This document shows positions 53,301 through 64,000 of a stretch of DNA of 64,000 bases, piece by piece. Where the stretch lies: assembly GCA_002269645.1 (NCBI GenBank), contig NIVC01004010.1, forward strand, positions 44,756 through 108,755. The letters run 5' to 3'. Source of the stretch: Macrostomum lignano (Eukaryota). The position numbers and the translations under genes were made by a program. The first letter of the stretch is position 1; each line of letters begins with the position of its first letter. The notes below the pieces were generated by a model. It saw only the letters and a list, made by a program, of their open reading frames with translations, was not told the origin of the DNA and made no database searches.

Positions 53301-55578
53301 ACCACCGCATCTCCGGCCTGGCGCTCACGCATCCCATTGTGGCCAGGCCGGCTGGCGCTAAGGAGCTGGACGCCGGCACGACTGCGACTGGCTGGTGCGC
53401 ACTCTGGCCGGCCTGGTGCAGCGGATGTCCACCGCCTGCCGGCTGCGTCTGCGCGAGTGCCATCAGCAGACCATGTACCAGCGGGAGGAGGCCAATATCT
53501 TTGTGGAATGGCGCTACCTCATTGAGCTGTGCTTCTACAAGCTGTATCTGTCCGCTCCCGTGAGTTTTTTGTGCTCACTGTCTGAGAATGCCAGTTTTTT
53601 TTATGTACCACAACTTCTATTCAGAATTTCCCAGGGATTTCTGTCCTGAGTCCGAGAGTCCCGATCCCGCTGATCCCGAGTATATCTAGCTGGCACAGAT
53701 CACACCCAGCTGGCACAGATCACACCCAGCTGGCACAGATCACACCCAGCTGGCACAGATCACATCCAGCTGGCGCAGATCACATCCAACCGGCGCAGAT
53801 CACATCCAACCGGCGCAGATCACACACAGCTAGCAAAGATCACACCCAGTTGGCACAGATGATGTCAGATCACACCCAGCCGGCACAGATCACACACAGC
53901 TGGCACAGATCACACCCAGCTGGCACAGATGATGCCAGATCACACCCAGCTGGCATAGATCACACCCAGCTGGCGCAGATCACATCCAACCGGCGCAGAT
54001 CACATCCAACCGGCACAGATCACACCCAGCTGGCAAAGATCACACCCAGCTGGCACAGATCACACCCAGCTGGCACAGATCACACCCAGCTGGCACAGAT
54101 CACATCCAGCTGGCAAAGATCACACCCAGCTGGCACAGATCACACCCAGCTGGCACAGATCACACCCAGCTGGCACAGATCACACCCAGCTGGCATAGAT
54201 CACACCCAGCTGGCACAGATCACACCCAGCTGGCACAGATCACACCCAGCTGGCACAGATCACACCCAGCTGGCACAGATCACACCCAGCTGGCATAGAT
54301 CACATCCAGCTGGCAAAGATCACACCCAGCTGGCACAGATCACACCCAGCTGGCATAGATCACATCCAGCTGGCAAAGATCACACCCAGCTGGCACAGAT
54401 CACACCCAGCCGGCATTCTGTATCTCCGCTTCAGCGTCTGCCTGGCGCAGCTCACCAGCTGGCCTTGCAGTGACCTCTAGCGGTCGAAAGAATGCTAAAC
54501 TAGCTGGGGCTTCGCTGCCCTGCTAAGCACAAATCGTTGGTCAATTGGCTGTGTTTGGTTCCAATTGGCCTGGTGTTGCTTTGTACATTTTCATTAGTTT
54601 GATTTATATGTGCTTACGGACATAATAACATATATGCATCGGGCATTCTGTATCTCCGCCCCTGTGTCCAGCTGCTGAAACTGCACCAAGTGACCTTTTG
54701 GCGGTCGAACGAATGCCAGATTAACAAAGCCTCGCATGGCTTGGCTGTGCGCAAATCGTTGGTCGAATTAGGGCTACCCGCCTAATAGCCGTTCGACCTG
54801 GTGTTGCATTGCACACTTGCTGGTGTAGAAAATAGCCATTGAATTCATTTCTATTTGCTACTTGCTGCTCAGTAGCATGTAAAGAATTTTGTAGCCATTT
54901 TTACTGAATGAGTGTTACGAGTGGCATTTATTAATTTCTCGTGAGCTTTCTCCCATTAAGGCCTCAGACTTTTAAACTTCTATAGACTGAGCAGTTCTTC
55001 TGTAGGGGTTGTGGCCTAGTGGTTAGGAGCGTCAGACTCACGACTGGAAGGTCGAGGGTTCGATTCTCGATCCACTCGGAACAATTTGTGTCCTTGAGCA
55101 ATAAATACTCTGCATTGCTTCAATCCACCCAGCTGTAGAATGGGTGCCAGCATTAGCTGAGGTAATTGAGGGTTGAATTGAGGACCCCCCAGTCCTTGGA
55201 CTGAACAGCCGTACGCAGCCTTCAGATGCGCCGCGCAATAGCTGCGGCTGAGCTGTCGGTTGCTGTGCTTTTATCAATTATTAAACTATTATTATTGTAT
55301 AATAAGCTACTGGAAGTAGTTTATGCGCACATCTGATGTCCTCCCAAACTCTTTCATCCAACACCCAGACGCTGGACAAGCAGGAGCGGGCCCGCATCGG
55401 CGAGTCCCTGGCCGACATTCGGGTGCAGCTGGCCAACGCCTCGGCCAGGGGCGACAGCGCCGAGGCTGCCTGGCCGAGCAGCCTGGTGGACTCGGCAGTG
55501 ATGGAGCACTCGGCTCCGTTTCATGCCATGCTGTACGCTGGCCGGCTGTGCGACCTGCTGATTGGCCAGCTTTGCTAA
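44358..55578 (+). CDS. THADA: THADA / Trm732 homolog, ~1650 aa (exons 44358-44489, 44596-44698, 45019-45950, 46015-46641, 47147-47797, 48375-48908, 49503-~49988, 50610-51251, 52907-53559, 55369-55578)
   Basis: DUF2428-region motifs SRHRGTIE, VTRRSAGLP, KVHALNLLR, WAVRN..QLLGAL..R..G, EFFSAYPRL, C-terminal EEANIFVE; exon phases reconcile except for one 1-nt frameshift near 53385. Confidence 0.88.
44915..44990. repeat. (AGTC)n microsatellite
   Basis: Direct reading. Confidence 0.9.
46655..47095. repeat. ~40-bp minisatellite in a THADA intron
   Basis: ataatcccactctggaaatcccaagatcccgtatattctca variants. Confidence 0.9.
47835..48270. repeat. 31-bp minisatellite in a THADA intron
   Basis: aataacccataatcctcgattctgaaatccc, ~14 copies. 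Confidence 0.93.
49010..49395. repeat. ~20-bp minisatellite in a THADA intron
   Basis: ccccaatccatcagagaatc variants. Confidence 0.92.
50185..50535. repeat. 20-bp minisatellite in a THADA intron
   Basis: gagatacttggctgagattg variants. Confidence 0.9.
51390..52135. repeat. 20-bp satellite (cacagatcacacccagctgg) plus ~180-bp unique cassette, copy 1
   Basis: Near-identical module at 53690-54590. Confidence 0.92.
52335..52830. repeat. 20-bp minisatellite
   Basis: gagatgagattcttgactct variants, ~24 copies. Confidence 0.93.
53690..54590. repeat. 20-bp satellite plus ~180-bp cassette, copy 2 (diverged cassette-only copy at ~54640-54815)
   Basis: cggcattctgtatctccgcttcag...ggtgttgctttgtacatt shared with 51957-52135. 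Confidence 0.92.
55006..55295 (+). mobile_element. tRNA-derived SINE, same family as 15332-15632, copy 2
   Basis: A/B boxes, same central block, 3-prime 78 bp identical to copy 1, (TTA) tail. Confidence 0.88.
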
Positions 55579-57562
55579 TTTATTACTTTCTTCATAATTT
55601 AATTTGCTGCATTTTTGTTACTTTGAGCTGAGCTGCTAAAGCTCCGCTTTGGTTGCCTTGCTTGATATATAATCTGGTCTTTCGGCCACTTGAGCCTGGA
55701 AACCGCATCAGAATACATAGCAACTGCATGGTAACAAAATAGTAACCGCATAGTAACGACATAGCAACAGCAACAACCGCATAGTAACGGCATAGCAACC
55801 GCATAGTAACGACATAGCAAGTGCATAATAACGACTAAGCAAGTGATAGGACTTGAGAATTCTTGCAAATATTAGCATAATTGCCACTTTAAATCCCGCC
55901 GCCCCTTATAATAATTTCATCCAAACTTCTTTCTTATTTTTATCATGGAAATTGTGTGCCCCAGTGTTGTGAGCTACCAGCTATCGCTTACCGTAGTTTT
56001 CATAATTTATGATGATATGTAATAATGATACTGATAATGAGTATGCTGTACCTCATTTTCTTATCTATGGCTCCAATTTCGTCGCTACGCAGGTGAACTG
56101 TTAAATTCTGCGTCAAATTACTGATTTAAGCCCGAGGCTTCAGTCCGGAACCGATCTGCTTGGGTGCCTGCATTTGGTAATAATTCTAGACCACAATAGC
56201 AAGCGGCACCTAGAAGTCTTGACTTGAATCGCTTTATTCATTATGATATTTAATTTCGTGTCATATTTATGAATATTACTAATAAAATTTTTCTAGTATA
56301 TCCCTGTGCGTTTCTGTTTTTTCTTCATGCTTCTCGTAACTCTTGTGACCCGCTTATCAATTAGCTAGAGAATTCAATATATTTACTCAAACGCTTTTTG
56401 AACTTCGCTTTTTCATCCGTTTAATCTAAACGTACATGTATTTGCATCGAGACGATTCACTTTAAGCGTGTTTCATCTGCTTATTGTTAAATAAAACTAT
56501 CGACTCTGCCTGGTTAAATATATATGTTCATAAATGCCTCCCGTGGTTTGAGGTAAAAAACATTAAATAAATCGAAAGAGCATAAATCTGTCGTTTTCAC
56601 ATTTAATCGAAGACAGGTCCAGGTGACAACCGTAAAGAAACTTTCGACTAAGTTATCATTATATCGATTTTTCCATCGTTTTTACTAAGCAAAGTACCGA
56701 CAGCCAAGGGGATATGCATTCATTGGCTTCAGCTACATGAACTAGTATGCATGTTATTGTGCATTAATTATAAAAACCTTTGCGATTAGCATTGCATATT
56801 TGAGCTTCTGATGCCAGTTAGCTTAAATGGCTTATTAAAAATCAACGTAAAACCGTAACAACGTAACAACGTAAAATACAAATCAGGAAGTTATTTTTTA
56901 GAATACATGAAGGGTCTCCATCTCACTATTTAAAGCTTGAAAAAAACTGGCCGAGTTTGCGAATTAGAAATGCAGAACTAAAACAAAGTTTTAAAGTTAA
57001 AAGATAAATTTAACAGTAACAATAAAATATATTACAAGATGTAAAGTATTGTTTTTAATACTAAAGATTCTCTCATTCTACTACGCATTATGTATTCTAA
57101 TGCTTTGCATTTGAATTTGCGTATGAGGAAGTTAATTTTTGTAATGGTAAATTTGTATTATCGATTTGGATTAGATGGTCCATCCAAGCCCTGAAAGAAT
57201 AACACCACATGAGTGACGACTCATAGCGTCATGACTAAAATAACACTACCTACTTTTAGGTATGGTTTAGAAATAAATTTAGAGCACTTAGTCTTTTAAA
57301 AAAGTTGTTAAGTAGTCCTTGCATAATTGTTATTGTATCTATCTATATATTCTATTTATCTGGATTAGGCCTATAAAACTATATAGCTAGAACTTAAAAA
57401 TGCTTAATCAGGATATATATTTATAATTTTAACATCAATGTACTTTTGGGCCTGAGGATAAATGACTTTTAAAAAGTTATCTTGTTTTTCATATTTAAAT
57501 TATGAATATGTGTTTATAGGCCCCCCTAGCACTATGGTAAAGTTGCACGTCTGAGAAAAAGT

Positions 57563-58862
57563 AGAATTAAGGTGAGCGCTATCATTTTTTATGCAACATG
57601 TTTCGCCTCGCATCAGGCATTGTCAGGCTCTTAAAATTAGTAACAATTTATTTGTTTATTTATATTTAACAATTAACACTAAGAACAGGTCGATAAAAGT
57701 CAGAAATGTATATAAATTAACAGTAGATTGTACAGTCCCACGAAGCGCTCACAGAGTTGCAATGAGGGGAGAGAGAGAGAGAGTGAGATGAGCATAAGTG
57801 TACACCTAGAATACTCTAATCTCTAAGGAGGGCATTGGCACCATGATTGGCTGGCAAGTTGTTTATTTAGGATTGGTTTACGCAGTTTTATATATAGGGC
57901 TTCAAGCAGTCTGTACTCATTTGAGCATGTATGGATGGTGGAAAAGTTTTTATCTATTTGGCTGTCACAGCATTCTTTGCATATCATCAGGTGGTTGTGC
58001 ATAGCCAACATCTTTTGCCTATGTTCTCTACTTCTCACATATAGGTATCGGGTAGTTTCACCTATGTGGGTGATACTCTGGTCGCCAGGGAATTAAAATT
58101 AATAAACAACACCTGCCTGTAAGGAGCTGGGAATGCGGCATTTCAAATTCTTAACAAATTGACCAATTTTCTTGCAACAGAAAATGACCATGAGCTTCAC
58201 ATTTAAATACTTATTAAATGCTCTGATGACATGCTTGGGCGCAACCTTGGGATTCACTCGGCCGTTTCTATTGGCAACACACACGTGTATGTCGCTATTG
58301 GACATAATAGTAGTCACGTGACTGCTCTCAGCCAATAGCGACTTACATGTGTGTGTTGCCAATAGAAACGGCCGGGTGATTCCCAAGGTTGCGCGCGTAT
58401 GTCTGATGAGGTTCTTTTTAAATGAACAGAAGCACGCCCATAGAAAAGAATGGAGATATGGGTGCAATCAGTCCTTAGATCTTTCGATTACCACATTAGG
58501 AAATTCATTGATGGTAAAGTCGCGAAACCTAACAATAGACAAAATAATGAAGAATAGAAAGATCTGAGGACTGATTGCCCCCATATCTCCATTCCTTTTT
58601 ATGGGCCTGCTTCTGTTTATTTTTTTCCTCTCTCTCTTTCCCTCTCTCTCTTTCTCTCCCCTCATTGCAACTCTGTGAGCACTCCATCAGACTGTATATT
58701 CTACTCTTATTTATATACATTTCTGACTTTTATTGACCTGTTCTTAGTGTTAATTGTTAAATATAAATAAACAAATAAATTGTTACTAATTTTAAGAGCC
58801 TGACGATGCCTGATGTGAGGCAAAACATGTCGCTTAAAAATGATAGTGCTCATCTTAATTCT
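57563..58862. mobile_element. Foldback-like element: ~230-bp diverged inverted arms with two internal hairpins
   Basis: 57563-57790 is the reverse complement of 58640-58862; internal palindromes at 58239-58394 and 58437-58605; no TSD identified. Confidence 0.6.
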
Positions 58863-59689
58863 GTTTATAGCACATTTATTTTTTCCAATGTCTGTTAAAT
58901 ATATATGTGAAACTGTAACTGGCAACCAATATCAATATGGCTCGTATAAATTATATTAGACTATAGTTGCAAAATAACAACCCTAAAATAAGAAAAAAAG
59001 AAGAGGAAAAAAGGCATAAAGAAACAAAGTTAGAAAACACAATAAAATTAAAAGAAATAAAAACAAAAGGTTGCAAAAAAGCAAACTAAGGTTGCATTTT
59101 GGTCAAGACAAAGTTGCAAGCAAGACTGATATATAGTTTTAGAGTTTATATATATTATATATGCTTTTAATTAAACTAGGCCTATCAATTGACATTAAAT
59201 GCATACAATTTTTATGCTACACAAATAGGCATACTAACATAACTTTATAACTTGATGGCATACTTGGTATATACCTAAACTTTTGCCCAAAAACTCTGGC
59301 ATACATGGGACACCTTCCTGACAGTATCTTAGTGTGCTTGTTACTAAAATATGAAAGTATATATAATGTCTACTCATATTCATTATTAAATGTCTTTCAT
59401 TATTGATTATTATAGTTAAATTTGCTCATATATATGCAGTGCAGTACTTGAAGTAAGAATACAAATAATTCAAAATGATATTAGTTTCACTAATTATAGA
59501 ATTACCATGTACAAAAGTCAAAATAATTTTGAATATATTACAAATCTGAGACATTTAATGCCATTTTCAATCATATTTTTAACACCTGTGATGCATTTTT
59601 GCTGGTCTTTATAATGCTTAAATAGACTCCATGGGACAAGTTTCTTGCATTACATTTTTAGTATATGTACTAGCAATCAGTGCCTCCTG

Positions 59690-60720
59690 TTGGGGAGCCT
59701 AAAAAATGCAGTACAAGTTGTTTTAATAAACTACATGTAGCGTCTCTTTGCATTTTACCCCAGCAGTCCCTTGTAAGTCTTGACATGTCAGCAATTCCTC
59801 CCACAAGCCTTAACATATCAACTCCCCCCTTGACATCTCAGCGATGCCCTTATAAGCCTTGAAATCTTAAAAAAATCTGTCTACTTTCTAACCCTAGCCT
59901 AACCCTAACCCTAAAGCATTGAAATTTCAGTAATTCTCTCAAGAGTCATTATAGCACTACTACAGCATTATAGCGATTCCCTGCAAGCCTCGACATCGTA
60001 GGGATTCCCAAATGAATCTCTTAACTTTGACATGAAGCTTCTTTTATTTTTACATTATGCTTTTTTTATCAGTGATCCCTCCCATGAGGAGCCAACAAAT
60101 AATGTATTAAAAAGTTTTCAATAAACTACATGTAGCTTCTGACTTTAGCCTTGACATCTCATTTATTCCCCTGTGAGCCTTGAATCTCAGCTATTCCCCC
60201 ATAAGCCTTGACATCTCAGCTATTCCCCCCATAAGCCTTGACATGTCAGCGATGCCCCTCATAAACCTTTAAATCTAAAAAATCCCTGTTAACATTGAAA
60301 CCCGCTAAAATCTAACCCTCAACCCAAACCTGACCTAAACCTAACTTTAACCCAACCTAAAGCCTTGAAATCTCAGCAATTCTTTTCCCCTAAGCCTTGG
60401 CATTTTAGTGATTCCTTCTTTAAGAATCACAGCGCTATAACGATTCCCTCCAAGCTTTGCAATCGTAGCAATTCCCAAATGAATCTTTTAACTTCGACAT
60501 GACTTTTCTTTTATGTATACATAGTGCTACTTTTATTTTTTACATGACTCTTCTTCTATCAGCGCCCCCCCGTGGCGAGCCAACAAAGAATGTAATAAAA
60601 AATTGAGTAAAGTACATGTACTTTGAAGTAGCTTCTGACTTTTGCTTTGACATCTCAGAAACCCCCCCCCCCCGTAATCTCAGTTATTCTCTGTGAGCCT
60701 TGACGTCTCAGTAATTCTCC
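59690..60720. repeat. Diverged tandem repeat (~400-480 bp units, ~2.5 copies) with telomere-like TAACCC motifs
   Basis: Recurrent gagcc.a.aaa.aatg...aaactacatgtagc...ccttgacatctcag blocks at ~59690, ~60085, ~60570; aaccctaacccta at 59891-59913. Confidence 0.6.
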
Positions 60721-60931
60721 CCAGCACAGCACAATAGCTTCATTTAATTTTTACATGACGCTTCTTTGATTCTTCCATGATGCTTCTTAACTTTAGTTTT
60801 TCGAATATTTAATCCCTTTAGCATTGACCGATTTCTTAGCGAGATTTAGTATATTTGAATTTATTTAATTGTAATAAACTGTCATTCTTAAACACTTCAG
60901 CAATCTGGTATATCTGATACAGCAAATTGAA

Positions 60932-62037
60932 ATGCTTGTGGAGTACGAGAACAGTGACTCGGAGTCCGAGTCAGACGCTGAACAGCAGCAGCAGAAACAG
61001 GAGGAGAAGAAATCTTCAGCCAGGCAGGCGCAGAGGAGCCGGCAGGCACTGACACTGAGGAGGCGCCCGTCATTTCGCGATGACGAAGCCGAAACAGTCC
61101 AGAACGATGCGGAGCGCCAGCAGGAGGCGGCGGCGGGCGGCGTCGAGGCAGCCGATGGCCTGGCCGCGATGGCAGCCGCGGACGACACTGTGGAGGAGAA
61201 TCTGCGAATGCGCGTTCCCGCGTCGCCCAGGCGCCAGCGACATCCGGGTCGGGGACTTCGGCGGAGCCAGCAGCCGCGGCGGCCGAATCGCTGGCTCAGC
61301 AGAAGCAGCAAAGACAGAAGCAACAGCAGCTGCTGCTGCAGCAAAAGCGCCGCCGACTTCTCCTGTTGGAACGAGCGCTGCCGCCAACGGCGCTGACGAG
61401 GACGACGATGAAGACGACGAGGACGCGGTCAAGCGTCGCCGGATCGCGTCGGCCGCCGCCGCCGGCCAGATGCGCGGCGCCACGTCACTGCTGGCGCAGC
61501 TGCCCAAGCCCAAGGCGCTGGCCGTCCGCGAGGGCGCCGGGCGCGTCTTCGTGCCGCCGATGCGGCCGACAATCCGGCCACCGAGTCCGCCGGCGCGAAG
61601 CTGCCAGCGGCGACATCTTCGATGGTGGATGACGAAGCGCCGTTTGCCGCGGAGCCTGCCGACTCCAACCTGCCGCAGCAGCAGAGCCTTCTTGGCGCCG
61701 TCTGCCGCCCAGCGAGCTGCACCGCTACCGCCAGGCCACCGGCGCCTCGCTCACCGCCGACGTCGCCGCTGACGCTGGCAGCGGCGGGATCATCGACATC
61801 CGACAGTCTGACCAGGTGGCCGGCGCCGAGCTCGAGCTGACGAAACAGTTAACTCGCAACGCCGGCGCCGATGCAAGGCACAAGCCGGAAGGCCCCGAGC
61901 CCAGCTCGATGGCGAAGCGGAAGCACCAGATCACCTACCTGGCCTATCAGGCCAAGGAGCGCGAGCTGGAGCTGAAAAACTCCTGGTCTGACGCGCGCTT
62001 CAATCAGCGGAGCAGTCAGAGGAAGTACGGCTTCTGA
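60932..62037 (+). CDS. PRCC: Proline-rich mitotic checkpoint control factor PRCC homolog (about three apparent frameshifts)
   Basis: N-terminus MLVEYENSDSESE; LLAQLPKPK; C-terminus KRKHQITYLAYQAKERELELKNSWSDARFNQRSSQRKYGF* matches the PRCC domain. Confidence 0.88.
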
Positions 62038-62384
62038 TTGGCCGGACTGTGGAGTTGGTTACTTTTTTGCTTGCATTTTATGTCTCTGCGGGTAGCGTGT
62101 CTTTTGCTTTGTATGCCTCGTATATTTGCGGTATAGAATAGAGTCTTAGCAACCGGGAGTTTAGGCGTCCTTGTATAGTGCAAATATGGAATATATTCTC
62201 ATGCTAAACGTTCATGTTTTCTATTATTGAACTGGAAATCTATTATATTTCGTGTGCAACTCTGCTTTCTCGTAACATTGCTCTTTAGCTGCAGTAGTTG
62301 TGTGTCATCATTTTTGCGCGAATTCAAACTGCCGAAATAAACACTGATTGCAGTAAAGCATTTTTGTCTTATGACTCAATTAGA

Positions 62385-63055
62385 AATCGCCCTTAGACTT
62401 CAATTAGGAATCGCCCTTAAAGTAGAGTCGAGGTAAGGTACATCGTTTGATAAAAGCCAGGAGAACGAAAGCAAAAACGAACATTCGCATTTTTTCTTTA
62501 ATACGATTATTTTCTTCAACTTAATAAAGAAAAATATGCGAATGTTCGTTTTTGCTTTCGTTCTCCTGGCTTTTATCAAATCGCCCTTAGGCTTCAATTA
62601 GAAATCGCCCTTAGGCTTCAATTAGAAATTGCCATTAGGCTTCAATTAGAAATTGCCCTTAGGCTTCAATTAGAAATCGCCCTTAGGCTTCAATTAGAAA
62701 TCGCCATTAGGCTTCAATTAGGAATCGCCATTAGGCTTCGATTAGAAATTACCCTTAGGCTTCAATTAGGAATCGCCATTAGGCTTCGATTAGAAATTAC
62801 CCTTAGGCTTCAATTAGGAATCGCCCGTAAGGCTTCAATTAGGAATCGCCCTTAAGCTTCAATTAGGAATCGCCCTTAGGCTTCAATTAGGAATCGCCCT
62901 TAGGCTACAATTAGAAATTGCCATTAGGCTTCAATTAGAAATTGCCCTTAGGCTTCAATTAGGAATCGCCCTTAGGCTTCAATTAGGAATCGCCCTTAGG
63001 CTTAAATTAGGAATCGCCCTTAGGCTTCGATTAGAAATCGCCATTAGGCTTCAAT
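62385..63055. repeat. 24-bp minisatellite ending at the acceptor of the claudin-like gene
   Basis: cttcaattaggaatcgcccttagg variants, ~20 copies. Confidence 0.93.
62446..62580. other. Near-perfect hairpin, ~55-bp arms with ~25-nt loop
   Basis: tttgataaaagccaggagaacgaaagcaaaaacgaacattcgcat... and its exact inverse, with one indel. Confidence 0.93.
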
Positions 63056-63089
63056 TCACCAGCTCATCCGCACCCCGAACTGCTGCACA

Positions 63090-63866
63090 ATGAAGGCGCT
63101 CCAGTCGGACAACCGGCAGCGCCACCTCATGTTCCACCTGGCCCTGCTGTTCTGCTGCGTTGCCATGGTAACCTATTTCTTAGCTTTCGTATCGCCGCAC
63201 TGGCTGGAGTCGCAGCCGGAGTATCACAGCCACTTCCTGCGCATCGGCCTGTGGGAGGTCTGCTTTGACGGCTACCTGCACCCCACAGACTACGTGTCCA
63301 AGGCCTACTTCGGCTGCTGGTACATCTACTTCCCGGAGTTCTCCCGCATCAGCGGCTGGCTCATCCCACCCTGGTACTACGCTGTGCAGATGCTGGGCAT
63401 TGTCGCCTTCATCTCCATCCTGCTGTCCACCATCGCCATGGGCTCGCAGTTTGTCCGCGTGCTGAATCGCGACTCAAAGCGCTGGCTGCGGGCCAACACG
63501 ATTTTCCACCTGCTAGCCGGCGCCTGCATCGCCTTCCAGCTCATTGTGATGGCCATCCAGAGCCGCGACCGCCGCTGGATGCCGCGGCCCGACCAGAACC
63601 GGCTCGGGTTCGCCTACGCCATGGCGCTCATCGCGTGCCTGGCCTGCACCTTCACCGTCGGCTTCCTTGCCATGATGTACATCAAGGAGGACGAGGAGCA
63701 GCTCGTCTTCAGCGACGTCACCGACGCCGGCCCTGACATCGGCGCGGCAGCCGCGTCCCAGCCGATGGGCGGCTACGGCGGTGCCAGCGGTCAGGACAAA
63801 TTTATGGAGGCCGGCGGCGGTCGATATTTTGTCGGCGGCGGCGGGCAAAGCGACAGCGCCGTTTGA
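63090..63866 (+). CDS. Invertebrate claudin-like protein (PMP22/claudin superfamily, Pickel/Megatrachea-Kune type)
   Basis: Four TM segments; W-LES...GLWEVCF...GCW signature; WMPRPDQNRLGFAY before TM4. Confidence 0.85.
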   Translation: MKALQSDNRQRHLMFHLALLFCCVAMVTYFLAFVSPHWLESQPEYHSHFLRIGLWEVCFDGYLHPTDYVSKAYFGCWYIYFPEFSRISGWLIPPWYYAVQMLGIVAFISILLSTIAMGSQFVRVLNRDSKRWLRANTIFHLLAGACIAFQLIVMAIQSRDRRWMPRPDQNRLGFAYAMALIACLACTFTVGFLAMMYIKEDEEQLVFSDVTDAGPDIGAAAASQPMGGYGGASGQDKFMEAGGGRYFVGGGGQSDSAV

Positions 63867-63869
63867 GCT

Positions 63870-63975
63870 TTTGGGACTCGGACTCTGTTGTTGGGACTTA
63901 AATTGGGACTCGGGGACTCTGTTGTTGGGACTTGAATTGGGACTCGGGGATTCTGTTGTTGGGACTTAATTGGGT
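63870..63975. repeat. ~33-bp tandem repeat, ~3 copies
   Basis: gggactcggggactctgttgttgggacttaaatt variants. Confidence 0.8.
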
Positions 63976-64000
63976 TAAGCCTGCTTGTGATCGTGTGTTT

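Noticed and set aside
47688-54473. Long repetitive ORFs (e.g. 47825-48277, 53850-54473, also 12053-12415 and 42705-43142)
   Set aside because: Stop-free translations of intronic or intergenic minisatellites, not genes
56628-56638. aaccgtaaaga resembling the start of a flatworm spliced-leader exon
   Set aside because: The match is only 11 nt, with no AUG|GT donor or Sm site downstream
57542-57553. hAT-like TIR gttgcacgtctg
   Set aside because: No partner TIR or matching 8-bp TSD found
58403-58435. Hammerhead ribozyme core CTGATGA (also at 58223 and 16332)
   Set aside because: No correctly placed GAAA and stem III or cleavage triplet after stem II

Overview
Eukaryotic (animal) genomic DNA: GC-rich exons separated by AT-rich, minisatellite-filled introns and degenerate transposons. 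The style resembles a free-living flatworm such as Macrostomum, but that assignment is inference. Left part (1-28 kb): an unknown single-TM ORF, an RTE-type LINE with an HDV-like ribozyme fold inside a 28-bp satellite, two tandem PAN-like + fibrinogen-domain genes, a DIRS-like remnant, a Gypsy gag remnant, a mariner carrying a nested MITE and SINE, an intronless DEG/ENaC gene with non-canonical pore motifs, a hAT MITE and a deleted Gypsy element with an extra ORF. Right part (28-64 kb): seven consecutive + strand genes (riboflavin kinase, a triple matrin-type zinc-finger protein, CutA, TTLL1, THADA, PRCC, a claudin-like gene). Most have a 3-prime splice acceptor 0-27 nt before the coding start, and the riboflavin kinase exon has no Met at all, which suggests spliced-leader trans-splicing and possibly an operon. 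Several intronic tandem repeats are amplified splice sites. Single-base frameshifts in conserved genes suggest assembly indel errors. No CRISPR, rRNA or true tRNA gene was found.
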